Notes: generated by a model from the letters alone, not told the origin. A stretch of 64,000 bases of DNA from Terriglobia bacterium (GCA_963695545.1 OY968796.1:768001-832000); one strand, 5' to 3'; shown: positions 31,407-41,943, counted from the stretch's first letter. A program made the numbers and translations.

Positions 31407-31875
31407 GTTCGAGAGTGGCCACGGCGTGCGCGGCGATGGCTTCGCCGCGGCCCACGGCGTCCACGCCTTCATTGGTTTTGGCTTTGAGGTGAATGCGCGC
31501 AACGTCGACGCCGAGCGCCTCGGCCAGCGCCTGGCGCATCGCCGGAAAGTGCGGATTCATTTTGGGTTTTTCCATGACGACGATCGCGTCGATGTGATCG
31601 ATGGTCCAGCCGTGCTCGTCAAGCAGTCCATCCACATGCTCGAGGAAGCGCAAGCTTGAGGCGTCCTTCCATTTCGGATCTGAATCGGGAAAATGCGTGC
31701 CGATGTCGCCGAGACCCGCGGCTCCGAGCAACGCGTCGCAGATGGCGTGCGCGAGCACGTCCCCATCGGAATGCGCGATGGCGCCTTTCTCGAACGGAAC
31801 CGTGATCCCGCCAACGACAAGCGCGCGGCCTTCCGCCAGGCGGTGCAAATCGTAGCCGATGCCGACGCGATTCAC
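31396..31875 (-). CDS. ispF: 2-C-methyl-D-erythritol 2,4-cyclodiphosphate synthase
   Basis: G.GYDLH, HSDGDV..HA..DALLGA, DIG.HFP, KAKTNE. Confidence 0.96.
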   Translation of the reverse strand: MNRVGIGYDLHRLAEGRALVVGGITVPFEKGAIAHSDGDVLAHAICDALLGAAGLGDIGTHFPDSDPKWKDASSLRFLEHVDGLLDEHGWTIDHIDAIVVMEKPKMNPHFPAMRQALAEALGVDVARIHLKAKTNEGVDAVGRGEAIAAHAVATLERVG

Positions 31876-31877
31876 GG

Positions 31878-32618
31878 TTATTTGTCGCGCGCGGCCGCGC
31901 CGTGCGGAGCGCGCTCTTGCTCGAGATAAAAGCGCGCCAGTTCCATATCGCCGGGGCGCGTGATCTTTAAATTACGATCTGAGCCGAGCACCACATGAAC
32001 GTCGTGCCCGATTCGCTCGACAAGACCGGCTTCATCGGACGCGGTGATTCCCTCTTGCCGCGCGCGGGCGAAGGCTTCGAGAAGCAGCGCGGCGTGAAAC
32101 ACCTGCGGCGTCTGCGCCAAGACCACCCGCTCGCGCGGGATCGTCGCGGTGATCAGCGCGACGTCGCCGGGCAAGCTTGCGCGCTTCACTTCCTTCACCG
32201 TATCGAGAGCGGGCACGCCCAAAATCGCGGCGCCGCAGGCGCGCGCTTCCGCGATCACGCGATCGACTTGCTCGCGTTTCACCAGAGGGCGAACCGCGTC
32301 GTGCACCAGAATCAGATCCGTATCGCGCTGGACTTCAACGAGCGCGGCGGCAACGGAGTCCTGCCGCGAATTGCCACCGGGCAGAACGCGCACGGTTTGG
32401 CGAATCGGTTCGAGTTCCAGACGCGCGCGCAGGCCGCGCACTTCTTCGGCGCGCGTGGGAATAATAAAGTCGGTGATCGCCGCGCATTCGGCCAGGCGCC
32501 GCAAAGTGAATTGAACCAGCGGCACACCATCGAGCTCGAGAAACTGCTTGGGCGTATCGGCGCCCATGCGAGTTCCGTAACCTGCGGCGGGCAAAATCGC
32601 GACAATGCGTTGCGTCAT
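31878..32618 (-). CDS. ispD: 2-C-methyl-D-erythritol 4-phosphate cytidylyltransferase
   Basis: PAAG.G.RM..PKQF, GG.SRQDSV, VHDAVRP, QTPQ, N.KIT. Confidence 0.95.
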   Translation of the reverse strand: MTQRIVAILPAAGYGTRMGADTPKQFLELDGVPLVQFTLRRLAECAAITDFIIPTRAEEVRGLRARLELEPIRQTVRVLPGGNSRQDSVAAALVEVQRDTDLILVHDAVRPLVKREQVDRVIAEARACGAAILGVPALDTVKEVKRASLPGDVALITATIPRERVVLAQTPQVFHAALLLEAFARARQEGITASDEAGLVERIGHDVHVVLGSDRNLKITRPGDMELARFYLEQERAPHGAAARDK

Positions 32619-32794
32619 GGTTCAGTCCCGGACAATCCGGGGGCAGAAGTGTACACCCTGCGGAACGGCAGATAAACACGGCGAACATCTTTTGCAACGA
32701 TGCGAATTCCGCAAATGTTTTTCGCGCAACTGTGATATAGGTGCGCAGGCGGCTCGGAGAATTCGCGGAATAACCGAAGGTCGCGGAGGAGAAT

Positions 32795-33298
32795 ATGCGA
32801 TCCATACGATGGGGAATCCTGCTGGCGGCGCTGGCAATTTGCGCGCTGGCGAATCCAAATACAACACGCGCCCGCGTGGCGGGCCAGGGAGCGGCGGACA
32901 TGCCGAAAACCGCGGAGTCGATGGGCGTTCTGTATTTCCCGGCGGCGCAGGTGACCGCGGCGCTGCAGAATGGCACGACGCTTTTGACCGGCGACGGGTT
33001 CGATTACAGGTTGATTGGCGGCCGGCACAATTCTCCCGGAGGCGTGGAATTGCACAAGAAAGAGACCGACGTTTTCTACGTGGTGGACGGTTCGGCGACG
33101 TTCATCACCGGCGGCACGATCACGGGCGAAACCGCGTCGTCCTCGCCGGATGAAGTGCGCGGCACGGGCATCGACGGCGGCGTGAGCCACGAACTCTCGC
33201 AGGGAGACGTGATCGTGATTCCCGCGGGAACGCCGCATTGGTTTAAGGCCGTGCCCTCGATGATTCATTATTTCGTGGTGAAGATAAAAACCAACTGA
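32795..33298 (+). CDS. Secreted cupin-fold protein
   Basis: Signal peptide; E.H..ETD.FYV..G and GDVIVIPAG.PHWF cupin motifs; GGAGG SD. Confidence 0.8.
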   Translation: MRSIRWGILLAALAICALANPNTTRARVAGQGAADMPKTAESMGVLYFPAAQVTAALQNGTTLLTGDGFDYRLIGGRHNSPGGVELHKKETDVFYVVDGSATFITGGTITGETASSSPDEVRGTGIDGGVSHELSQGDVIVIPAGTPHWFKAVPSMIHYFVVKIKTN

Positions 33299-33384
33299 GC
33301 GATCGAACCTCACGAGCTTTCTCCACGCGCCAGGTGCTAAGTCGGGCCCGCCCAGGGTGCGAGAAGACGGGCGCGCTAGCAGTG

Positions 33385-33650
33385 CCCCCGCCCGGTACCC
33401 AGCTCGTAAAAAATTGAAAATAATGGACTTCCAGGAAAAGTATGCCTTAGGAGTGCGCAATTGACTGAAATAAAAGGCCTTAGCTGGAGGTACATGTGCC
33501 ACGCTTTCAGTGATACGCGCAGGCTTCTGGAATCTCCTGAAAATAAATAACGTAGAAGGGCAAGAAAGGGATTCCACAGAGAAGGCGGGGATTTCGAATA
33601 TCTTTTCGAGTGCCGCCCTTAAGCCTAACACAAACCTAGCTCCGAGTCAA
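33385..33650 (-). repeat. Dispersed AT-rich non-coding element, copy 1 (candidate ncRNA or non-autonomous element)
   Basis: Ungapped matches of 39/50 (33391-33440 vs 62771-62820) and 34/44 (33505-33548 vs 62863-62906) to copy 2. Confidence 0.75.
33622..33650 (-). promoter_or_regulatory. Sigma70-like promoter firing into element copy 1
   Basis: Minus strand TTGACT-N17-TAGGCT with extended -10 TG; mirrored in copy 2. Confidence 0.55.
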
Positions 33651-33746
33651 GGGGGGGGCGTACACAAAAAATAGTGAGTTTGTCGAGGCTTCCTCGTATG
33701 GCGGACCCGTGCCTGCCGACTGACAATCGTAGCGGGGGCCCTCTCC

Positions 33747-34091
33747 ATGCGCACCGCAAGGCGTTTCATCGCCTCGTTCATATTGGCTTCGGCGCTTGCG
33801 ACGCCCATCGCAGCGACGACTGGGCCTGCGCCACCGACAAACGTCAGCGCGACGGTTCGAGTCTACGATCCGGGCCGCAGGGAGTATCACAACTGGGACA
33901 GCAACGAAACCCGCGCCTGGGAAGCGTACGTGCGAGAGCACCACGAGAAAGCGCACGCTTACGGCAAGTCCAGCGAGAAGGAACAGGCCAACTACTGGAA
34001 CTGGCGCCGCGCACATCCAGCCGGCCGTGAATTCAACCAGTCTCTCAGGTCGAAAACGATAGAACAGCGATACGCGTCGCCGGCAGCCTAA
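33747..34091 (+). CDS. Small secreted Trp/Tyr/His-rich hypothetical protein
   Basis: Signal peptide; RVYDP..YHNWD..E..AW..Y...EQ..YWNWR. Confidence 0.65.
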   Translation: MRTARRFIASFILASALATPIAATTGPAPPTNVSATVRVYDPGRREYHNWDSNETRAWEAYVREHHEKAHAYGKSSEKEQANYWNWRRAHPAGREFNQSLRSKTIEQRYASPAA

Positions 34092-34300
34092 CGGACAGAA
34101 TATTAGTGTGAGCATTCGGGCCGCGCCGGCAGCTCCCTCACCTCCCACCGCGAAGCATGTCTCGAGCCGGCCTAGGCGCCGGGCCCAGCCACGGGCGTCG
34201 TTGGAGACTCAGCCGCTTGACGCTCTGGACGGCGAGGCCCAAACTGCGTGTACAAGCGAGAAAGTGCATCCGGCAGACGCTCGTGGCGCATCTTAAACAC

Positions 34301-35431
34301 ATGCCTTCGACATCTCCAAAACGGAGCCTTACCGCAGGACAGGTGTTTGCGGCATGGGGCAGAATCCTGACCGGGCACGTGCCGCTGCTTTCGATCGAGA
34401 TCACTCGCGAATGCCCCTTGGCATGTCCGGGATGCTATGCGTATGGGGAAACGCACCTTGGCGGCGGAGCGACGTTGCGCAGCCTTTCCGATTTGCGGGG
34501 CGATGCGCTGGTGGAAGGCGTGCTGGAACTGGTGCGCAAGCACAAGCCTCTGCATGTTTCGCTGGTCGGGGGAGAGCCGCTGGTGCGGCATCGCGAGCTG
34601 AGCCGGATTTTGCCGGCGCTCAGCAAGATGGGTATCTTCTCACTGGTGGTGACGAGCGCGGTGATTCCGATTCCGGCGGAGTGGATTCATTTGCCGCGTG
34701 TGCGCGTGGCGGTTTCGGTGGACGGGCTGCGGGAAGATCACGACGAGCGGCGGAAGCCCGCGACGTACGAGAAGATTCTGGAAAATATGGCCGGGCGCGA
34801 AGTGAACATTCACTGGACGATCACGCGGCCGATGCTGGCTCGGCCGGGATACCTGGAAGAATACGTGGCGTTCTGGAGTTTGCGGCCGGAAGTGAATCGC
34901 ATCTGGGTGAGCGTGTACACGCCGCAGATCGGCGAACAGAGCCCAGAGATGCTTCTGCAGGGCGACCGCGAAACACTCGCGCGCGAATTGCCTGCGCTCG
35001 CGAAGCGCTATCCGAAACTCTTATTCACCGAGGATCTGGCAAAAGCTTTCTTGAGTCCGCCGAAGAATCCCGACGATTGCGTGTTCGCGCGGATGTCCGC
35101 GAATTATTCGGCGGATTTACGCAGCCGCGTTGAGCCGTGCGTTTTCGGCGGCGCACCGGATTGCTCGCAGTGCGGCTGCGCGATCAGCAGTGGATTGCAT
35201 TGGGTGCGCACGGTGAAAGTGGCGGGGCCGCTAAAAGTGGATCACTTCATTCAAGGCTCGATGAATGTGGGACGATTTGTGAATCGTTTGCGCACGCGGC
35301 CCGTGGAACCGGAGCGCTGGACCGCGAAGATCGCGCCGATCGAGCCGGCAGACGAGTTGGTGCAAATCGGAATTCATGAAACCGAGCGAGCGCGGGCGGC
35401 CGCGGCGGGCGAGGAAAGTGGCTTAAAGTAA
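34301..35431 (+). CDS. Radical SAM protein
   Basis: CxxxCxxC (CPLACPGC), GGEP, C-terminal Cys cluster (PCVFGG.PDCSQCGC). Confidence 0.88.
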   Translation: MPSTSPKRSLTAGQVFAAWGRILTGHVPLLSIEITRECPLACPGCYAYGETHLGGGATLRSLSDLRGDALVEGVLELVRKHKPLHVSLVGGEPLVRHRELSRILPALSKMGIFSLVVTSAVIPIPAEWIHLPRVRVAVSVDGLREDHDERRKPATYEKILENMAGREVNIHWTITRPMLARPGYLEEYVAFWSLRPEVNRIWVSVYTPQIGEQSPEMLLQGDRETLARELPALAKRYPKLLFTEDLAKAFLSPPKNPDDCVFARMSANYSADLRSRVEPCVFGGAPDCSQCGCAISSGLHWVRTVKVAGPLKVDHFIQGSMNVGRFVNRLRTRPVEPERWTAKIAPIEPADELVQIGIHETERARAAAAGEESGLK

Positions 35432-35458
35432 CGGTTCGTCATTCCTCTTCACAACTCT

Positions 35459-36034
35459 TCAATCGGCGATTACTTTCTCGATGCGGCGGTCGGGAACAAA
35501 CCACACGATGGCGACGACGCCGTAGAGCGCGATGGACAGCCACGGCTTCACGAAAGCGAGCGGAATTGCAGCGACGTAAATCGCCAGCGAAGCTTGTCCC
35601 TTGAAATCTTTTCCCAGGGCGTGTGCCAGCGCGGAATCGGGGCCTTCGTGCGCGACGAGCGTGTGGGCCAGGATGGTGTAAGCGATCGCGCACATGAACA
35701 GTACCGCGCCGTAAAGCGCCACGGGCCGCGAAGCCGTATAGTTTTCGCCGAGCCAGGCTGTGGCGAACGGCGTGAGCGAAAGCCAGAACAGTAAATGAAG
35801 ATTGGCCCACAGGATCGGGCCGTTGACGGTGTGAATGGCATGCAGCATGTGATGGTGATTGTTCCAGTAAATTCCGACAAGAACGAAACTCAGAACGTAG
35901 GTCAGGAAGACGGGAATCACCGGATCGAGCGCGGCCAAATTCGATCCGTGCGGCACCTTCAATTCCAGCACCATGATGGTGATGATCACGGCGATCACGC
36001 CGTCGCTGAAGGCTTCCATGCGGCTCTTGCTCAT
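35459..36034 (-). CDS. TMEM175-family potassium channel
   Basis: RMEAFSDGV.A..IT..VL signature, YW.NHH, six TM helices. Confidence 0.9.
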   Translation of the reverse strand: MSKSRMEAFSDGVIAVIITIMVLELKVPHGSNLAALDPVIPVFLTYVLSFVLVGIYWNNHHHMLHAIHTVNGPILWANLHLLFWLSLTPFATAWLGENYTASRPVALYGAVLFMCAIAYTILAHTLVAHEGPDSALAHALGKDFKGQASLAIYVAAIPLAFVKPWLSIALYGVVAIVWFVPDRRIEKVIAD

Positions 36035-36061
36035 CAAAACTTCTCCTCAAGCCTAAGCGCG

Positions 36062-38842
36062 CTAGGCCTGGCGGACCACGTAATAGGGCTGATTCGACAG
36101 GCTCGGCGGCAATAGTCCCGGATAGAGGCTCGCGCCTTCGGTCTTGCTGTGCAGCTCGAAATAATATTGGAGAGGATAGGGCGATTGCGTGTAGTCGCCG
36201 GGAATTGTGGCGACGAAGCGACCGGCCTGGAATTGCATGGGCGCGACGGCCCAGTGCTCGGCTTGATTGACGTGTCGATATTGCAGGCGAACGGTGAGCG
36301 ACGAGGGCGCGGCGTTGACGACGGTGAGCGCGATCGCGAGCGGCGCGCCGGGGTGGAAATTTGTGCTTGGCGTATGACGACAGGGCAATTGCACACGGCG
36401 CGGGCGCGAAAGAACCTCGCTGACTGCAGCGCGCGCGGTTTCGCTGTGCTGCTGCGAGGGCGGCGGTATCGCGGCGTCACTTCGCGCTTGCTGCGCGCGC
36501 TTCTCCATGTCGGCGATGTCGTCGTCGATGGCGGGCAGGCGATCGAGCCAATGGCCGCGCACTTGCGGGTCTGGGCCGTAGCTCACGTCAGAAACATAGA
36601 GTCCGCTCGCGCTCTCGGCCGCTGCGGCCCAGGCGTTGCGCGCCGTGCGATAGGCCTTGAGCGCGGCATCCAAAGCGGACGCGTCGCCGGTTCGGTCGTA
36701 AATGCTCCAAAGCACGGCGCTGCGGAATTTGCACGCGAAGAAGTGGCCGAGGTCGGCCTGGATCGCGACGTCGGCGCTCAAGCGGCGAAAATCGAGATTC
36801 GCTTGAACGCTTGACCCACTGCCGGGCGCGAGCGCTTCGGCTTGCGCGAGCTGCTTTTCGGCTGCGAGCGCGAAATCTTCCATCCATTGCGCGACTTCGA
36901 GCGGCGAATATTTTCCGCTGCGCGGCGCGCTGCTGAGGATCTCGGCTGCGTAATCGTCCACGCCCAGGAACATTTGCGGATCGCAGGGGCTCACGGTGCC
37001 GAATCGTTTGGGCTCGGGCGTGTCGGAATACGGATTTTTTCGCGTGGCATCCACGATGGCCATGTTCGTATACATTTCGGGCCAGTAGTTGTTGTTCGAG
37101 CGCGAGGGGCCGTGCGCGGAAAGCAGCAGCGGCAGGATGCGGCTCGCGCTGGCAAGCGCGGATTCGGCGGGCAGTGCTGCGGCGCCAAAATTGTGGCGCA
37201 GCGCGCGGCGCCAAATCTCGGGATCGGAATCGGGATTATAGAGAAGGCGGCCCCACAGTCGATATTGGTAAAGATATTTTTGCCAATCGTATTCGGGGTC
37301 GAGGGCGTGGTTGGCGTAAGCGCAGCGGCCACCGGGATGTCCGGAACCCATGCGGCCCTTGAACGAGAGCGGCTCAAAAACTTCGGCGCCGAGGCCGCCG
37401 CAAAAACTCGAGCGTCGGCCGTAATCGGCTGCGATCTGCGGATCGCCCCACAATAATGTTCGCTGCGTGCCGGGCCAAACGCGGTAGAGCACTCCGTACG
37501 GCCGATTTTCTTTCAGCAGATCGCCGTAGCTATAGCGCAGGAAACGGCGCTCGCCGTTGCTGAGCGACATTGTCTGGAAAAAACTTCCGGGATTCTGGCT
37601 GCTCGCGGGCGGCGGGCTGCCATATTCCATTTCGTGAATGGCGGCCTGGTGATAGCCGAGGCCGAGATGCTCGGCCCAGAATTTCGGCGAGATGGTGATG
37701 GGCAGACCGGTGGCGAGAGCGACGTCGATGGTTTTCTGGTCCATACCCTTCGCATGCATGTCGATTTCGACGCGGCGGCCTGCACGCACGGCGCCATCGA
37801 AAACGGTTTGCCAGAAATCGTAGCTGCCTTCGGGGATGCCGCTTTCGCCGTGAATGCGGAAGGTGACGCCGCCGATCTCGGGGCAGGCTTTGAGCAGCGC
37901 CGTGAGAGCGTCTCGGCAATACGCGGCGTGAGTTTCGGGCGTTAACCCCTCGATCGTGTAATTCGCGTCGGGACTGGTGGTCCAGTGATAGGCGTGGGTC
38001 CAGATGCCGATGCGGAAGTCGAGACCGCGCCGTGCGGCTTCTTCGCCGATGAAGCGCAGCGTGTCGAGATTGCGGTCGCGCTCGGCGTCGGGGAGAGGAA
38101 CCGCGCGCACGTCGTAACCGGGCACGGAAACCAAGAATGGATACGGGAAATAAAAATAAACGTCGGTTAGATTTCGCGGCAAGTTGTAACCGAGGCCGAG
38201 CGTGAGGCTGAAGCGATTGAAGCGCTGCGCAGCGAGCATCGAAAGATACGCTTGCCACATGTCTCGGTCGTAAAACCACGGCTTGTCCTCAACGTCGCTC
38301 TCGAAGCAGCGCATGATGCTGCGAACGGAATTGGCGGGGCGCTCGATGATCGGATCGCGAATCGCAAGCGCGTCCATCGGATCGGACGCGTGCGAGACGC
38401 GATCGGCGAGCTCGAGCAAAGCGTAGACCAGGCCGCGCACATCGCTGCCGCACGCGAGCACGAGCGGTTCGGCTGAAGGCGGCGCGTGCGGTGCAGATGC
38501 GCGCGCGAGACACAGCGCTTCCGGCGCATCGGGAACTTTCAGATGCAGGCGGGCGAGAATTTCCTGAGCGGCGGGCGCAGCTGCGCCGGCGACCAGAATT
38601 ACGAAATCGCCGGCGGATGGATCGACGTGTTCACGGCGGTGCACGGCGACGCCGCGCGTGGTCAAGGCGCTTTCGAGCTGCGCGGCGGCCCACGCCGATG
38701 GGCCGGCGGAGGCGATGGAATCCGCGGGATCAATAACGATCGAGACGCCGGGGGCGTCAGCGGCGGCGCGATCAGAGAGGCCGAGAACCGCGGCGGCTAG
38801 GGCCGTGTGCTTGAGGAAATCGCGGCGCTTCATTTTTGTCAT
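36062..38842 (-). CDS. Tat-exported large protein, glycoside-hydrolase-like
   Basis: Twin-arginine signal KRRDFLK; GSD.RGL.YA.LEL domain typical of GH20/GH67/GH115 N-termini; family not resolved. Confidence 0.7.
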   Translation of the reverse strand: MTKMKRRDFLKHTALAAAVLGLSDRAAADAPGVSIVIDPADSIASAGPSAWAAAQLESALTTRGVAVHRREHVDPSAGDFVILVAGAAAPAAQEILARLHLKVPDAPEALCLARASAPHAPPSAEPLVLACGSDVRGLVYALLELADRVSHASDPMDALAIRDPIIERPANSVRSIMRCFESDVEDKPWFYDRDMWQAYLSMLAAQRFNRFSLTLGLGYNLPRNLTDVYFYFPYPFLVSVPGYDVRAVPLPDAERDRNLDTLRFIGEEAARRGLDFRIGIWTHAYHWTTSPDANYTIEGLTPETHAAYCRDALTALLKACPEIGGVTFRIHGESGIPEGSYDFWQTVFDGAVRAGRRVEIDMHAKGMDQKTIDVALATGLPITISPKFWAEHLGLGYHQAAIHEMEYGSPPPASSQNPGSFFQTMSLSNGERRFLRYSYGDLLKENRPYGVLYRVWPGTQRTLLWGDPQIAADYGRRSSFCGGLGAEVFEPLSFKGRMGSGHPGGRCAYANHALDPEYDWQKYLYQYRLWGRLLYNPDSDPEIWRRALRHNFGAAALPAESALASASRILPLLLSAHGPSRSNNNYWPEMYTNMAIVDATRKNPYSDTPEPKRFGTVSPCDPQMFLGVDDYAAEILSSAPRSGKYSPLEVAQWMEDFALAAEKQLAQAEALAPGSGSSVQANLDFRRLSADVAIQADLGHFFACKFRSAVLWSIYDRTGDASALDAALKAYRTARNAWAAAAESASGLYVSDVSYGPDPQVRGHWLDRLPAIDDDIADMEKRAQQARSDAAIPPPSQQHSETARAAVSEVLSRPRRVQLPCRHTPSTNFHPGAPLAIALTVVNAAPSSLTVRLQYRHVNQAEHWAVAPMQFQAGRFVATIPGDYTQSPYPLQYYFELHSKTEGASLYPGLLPPSLSNQPYYVVRQA

Positions 38843-38928
38843 AAGCAGCGCACGCTCCTGCTAAGGGCCGCGAGTGCGGCGCGCATGAGCTTCTCATGGG
38901 TGCGAAGGCGGCGAAAAGAAGAAAAAAT

Positions 38929-40248
38929 TCAATCGCGCGAGGAGTCCGGCAGTACCGGACGCGATGCGCGTTCGGCGGAAGTGTCCCCGGCGGACGAGCG
39001 CGAAGAGGAATCCGCTCGCGGGGATTCGCTGACAAATCCCGCCCGTCCGCCGACGGCTGGCACGGACGCGCCGGAGGATGCTGCGGCGGCCGATGCCGAT
39101 GCGGCCGACGCAACGGGACTTTCAGCCGCGCCGGAAACGGCGCGCGACGCGTGCTCGGAGCGTTCGTCCAAGCGGCCGAAGATCATTTTGCCGGCGGTGG
39201 TCTGATGCACGGACGTGACGGTGATGTCCACGGTCTTATTGATCATTTTTTTGGCGTTGTCCACGACGACCATCGTGCCGTCATCGAGATACGCCACGCC
39301 CTGATTGTATTCCTTGCCTTCGCGCAGGATAAAAACGCGCATGGATTCGCCGGGAAGCACGACGGGTTTGAGCGCGTTAGCGAGTTGATTGACGTTTAGA
39401 ACTTCAATGCCCTGCAGCGTGGCGACTTTGTTGAGATTGTAATCGTTGGTGACGATGGTGCCGTCGTAGCGGCGAGCCAGTTCGATCAGCTTCAGATCCA
39501 CGTCGGGAATCTGCGCGAAATCCTCCTCGGTGATTTCGACTTCGAGGTGCGGCATCTTCTGAATGCGCTGCAGCACTTCGAGGCCTCGGCGGCCGCGCTG
39601 GCGTTTGAGCGAATCGGCGGAATCGGCCACGAGTTGCAGTTCGCGCAGGACGAAGCGCGGAATCACCAGCGTGCCTTCAAGGAAATGCGCCTCGCAAACG
39701 TCGGCGATCCGGCCGTCGATGATCACGCTGGTGTCCAGCACCTTCGAGACGCGCCGGCTGTTGCGCTCGCTGCCGAACACGCCGCCGAATGCTTGCAGGT
39801 TAAGCATGTCGCCTTTGGTCGCGCCGAGCACGAGGCCGATGTACATCATCACCAGCAGAACGCCCACGCCGAGAAACGATCGCGAGCCTTCCGGAATCGT
39901 GGTGTGCGCGAGAACCAGATTCAGCAGCAGCGCCGCGAGCAATCCCAAAATCGCGCCGACGACTGCGCCGATGAGACGCCGCATGCTGGCGCGCTGCAGA
40001 CGAATCTCAAACAAAATGACGGCCAACGAAAACACGAGGCCCATGCCCGCGCCGGCGTCGGGCTGGAGACCAAAGGGATGGAAATGAAAACCGGCCGCAG
40101 TGCAGGCAGTGGCGAAGATCGCGCGGACAAGGAAGAAATCCCACCAGGTGCCGAAAATGCGGCCGCGAGTCGCGCTTGATTCAATTCGCTGCGCCGATTG
40201 CGGCGACTTGGCCGGGCCCTGCTCGAAACGAGTAGAAGTGCGTGTCAT
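38929..40248 (-). CDS. Membrane PIN/TRAM-domain protein (YacL family)
   Basis: 4 TMs, [43 protein letters not shown]. Confidence 0.92.
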   Translation of the reverse strand: MTRTSTRFEQGPAKSPQSAQRIESSATRGRIFGTWWDFFLVRAIFATACTAAGFHFHPFGLQPDAGAGMGLVFSLAVILFEIRLQRASMRRLIGAVVGAILGLLAALLLNLVLAHTTIPEGSRSFLGVGVLLVMMYIGLVLGATKGDMLNLQAFGGVFGSERNSRRVSKVLDTSVIIDGRIADVCEAHFLEGTLVIPRFVLRELQLVADSADSLKRQRGRRGLEVLQRIQKMPHLEVEITEEDFAQIPDVDLKLIELARRYDGTIVTNDYNLNKVATLQGIEVLNVNQLANALKPVVLPGESMRVFILREGKEYNQGVAYLDDGTMVVVDNAKKMINKTVDITVTSVHQTTAGKMIFGRLDERSEHASRAVSGAAESPVASAASASAAAASSGASVPAVGGRAGFVSESPRADSSSRSSAGDTSAERASRPVLPDSSRD

Positions 40249-40508
40249 GAGATGTGCCTCGCACTTTATAAAAGCGCGCGCGCCGGACGACTGAATGAAT
40301 AGACAAAAATCCCCGGGGAGAAAAAAGAGCGTGTGACCGACCCAGGGCCACTGTCTCCGACTGCCGCACCCAATTTGTACGCCCGGAATACATATCCGGA
40401 CTTAAGTTCAGTTTCGATATTCTAGCACGGAGCGAGGCGATGGGAACGAGGATCGAAAGGATTGACGCCATACGATACATTTTCCGGCGCGGTGGCGCGG
40501 AGCAGCGA

Positions 40509-41723
40509 TCAATCCACGTAGAAGCGCGGAACGCGCTTGCCGATAGCGCAAAGCAGATCGGAGCTGACGGTGCCGAGCGTGGCGGCGACTTCGGAGACCC
40601 ATTGCGAGGCCGCGCCGTCTGCGCCGTAGAGCGTGGCGACGTCGCCGGATTTCACGCCGTCGATCGCGGTGACGTCGGCAGTGGCCAGATCCATCGAGAT
40701 CGTGCCGACCAGCGGCGCGAATTTCCCGCGCACGATGGCGCGGCCGCGATTGGTGAGCGAGCGCAGCAAGCCATCCGCGTAACCAGCGGAAATCACGGCG
40801 ATGCGCGAAGGGCGCGCGGCGGTCCAGCGCGCATTGTAGCCTACGGCCCCGCCCGCGGCGACGTCGCGCAAAAGCACGATGCGCGCGCGCAGCGAGAGCG
40901 CGGGACGCAGCGGCAACTTCGTTTCCATCTCGGCGCGGCGCTCGGGCGGATCGTAAAATTGGTGATAGCCATAGAGCAGCGCGCCGGGGCGCACCATGTC
41001 GGCCCAGGTTTCGGGGCGCGCGCCAACGGCGGCGCTATTGGCCATGTGCACGAGGCCGGTCGGGATGCGAAGCGCGCGCAAGCGCTCGAGCGCGTCGGCG
41101 AAGCGTGCACGCTGCTCATCAGTCTGCGACGACGTGAGCACGTCGGACGAGGCGAAGTGCGTGAACACGCCATCGAGCCGGACGTGCGGGGAATCGGCGA
41201 GGGCGCGCGCGAATGACGGAATTTCTTCGGGCGAAACGCCGAGCCGATTCATTCCCGAATCTATTTTTAGATGAAAGCTCACCGCGCCGCGCCGGCGGCG
41301 CGCCGCGGCGCGCTCAAGCCAGCGCAGTGTTTCAAGCCCGGTAACCGCAGGCGTCAATTTGTGTTCGAGCAAGGTTTTTTCTTCGCCGGTCCAGAAGCCT
41401 GTCATCACCAGAATTGGCGCGCGCACACGGGCCGCGCGCAATTCCGCACCCTCGGCGGCGCTGGTGACGCCAAACCAATCGGCGCCAGCGCGTTCGAGCG
41501 CCCGCGCCACGGGAGCCGCGCCGTGACCGTACGCGTCACCCTTCACCACGGCGAGCACTTTGCGTGGGGCAGAGCGCTTCTTCGCCGATTTGCCGCCCGC
41601 GTTCGCCGGCGGCGCGCCGGGCGCATTCACGTAGCGGCGAATCGCGCGCAGATTGTGGGCCAGCGCGCCCAGACTAACCTCAGCCCAGATGGGCCGCCCG
41701 TCGAAATGGATTCGAGGCGCCAT
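40509..41723 (-). CDS. alr: Alanine racemase
   Basis: AVVKGDAYGHG PLP-lysine motif, HLKIDSGMNRLG, GYADG, G.ISMD. Confidence 0.95.
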   Translation of the reverse strand: MAPRIHFDGRPIWAEVSLGALAHNLRAIRRYVNAPGAPPANAGGKSAKKRSAPRKVLAVVKGDAYGHGAAPVARALERAGADWFGVTSAAEGAELRAARVRAPILVMTGFWTGEEKTLLEHKLTPAVTGLETLRWLERAAARRRRGAVSFHLKIDSGMNRLGVSPEEIPSFARALADSPHVRLDGVFTHFASSDVLTSSQTDEQRARFADALERLRALRIPTGLVHMANSAAVGARPETWADMVRPGALLYGYHQFYDPPERRAEMETKLPLRPALSLRARIVLLRDVAAGGAVGYNARWTAARPSRIAVISAGYADGLLRSLTNRGRAIVRGKFAPLVGTISMDLATADVTAIDGVKSGDVATLYGADGAASQWVSEVAATLGTVSSDLLCAIGKRVPRFYVD

Positions 41724-41943
41724 TCACACTCCCTTCATCGCCGCACGCACAATTCTTTCATTGCACGTAACGGACCAGAGTAGTTCAAGACCGCCGCCGA
41801 CGCAAAAATGGGTTGCGCAGAAGGGTAAAGGGAAAGCGGGCGAAGATAACTTCCGCCTTACGTACTGTGGTGATTCCTCGGCGCACATCAGCAACTTCGC
41901 ATTGTGACACAGGATTCGGGCCGGCGCGGGCGAAGAAGAACGC

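Noticed and set aside
32615..33631. 338-aa minus-strand ORF (and 62483-63178) crossing the repeated element
   Set aside because: Both overlap real + strand genes antisense, and they read the first conserved block in different frames
33385..33650. CRISPR array interpretation of the repeated motifs
   Set aside because: Units are short, degenerate, irregularly spaced and partly inverted; no cas genes in the window
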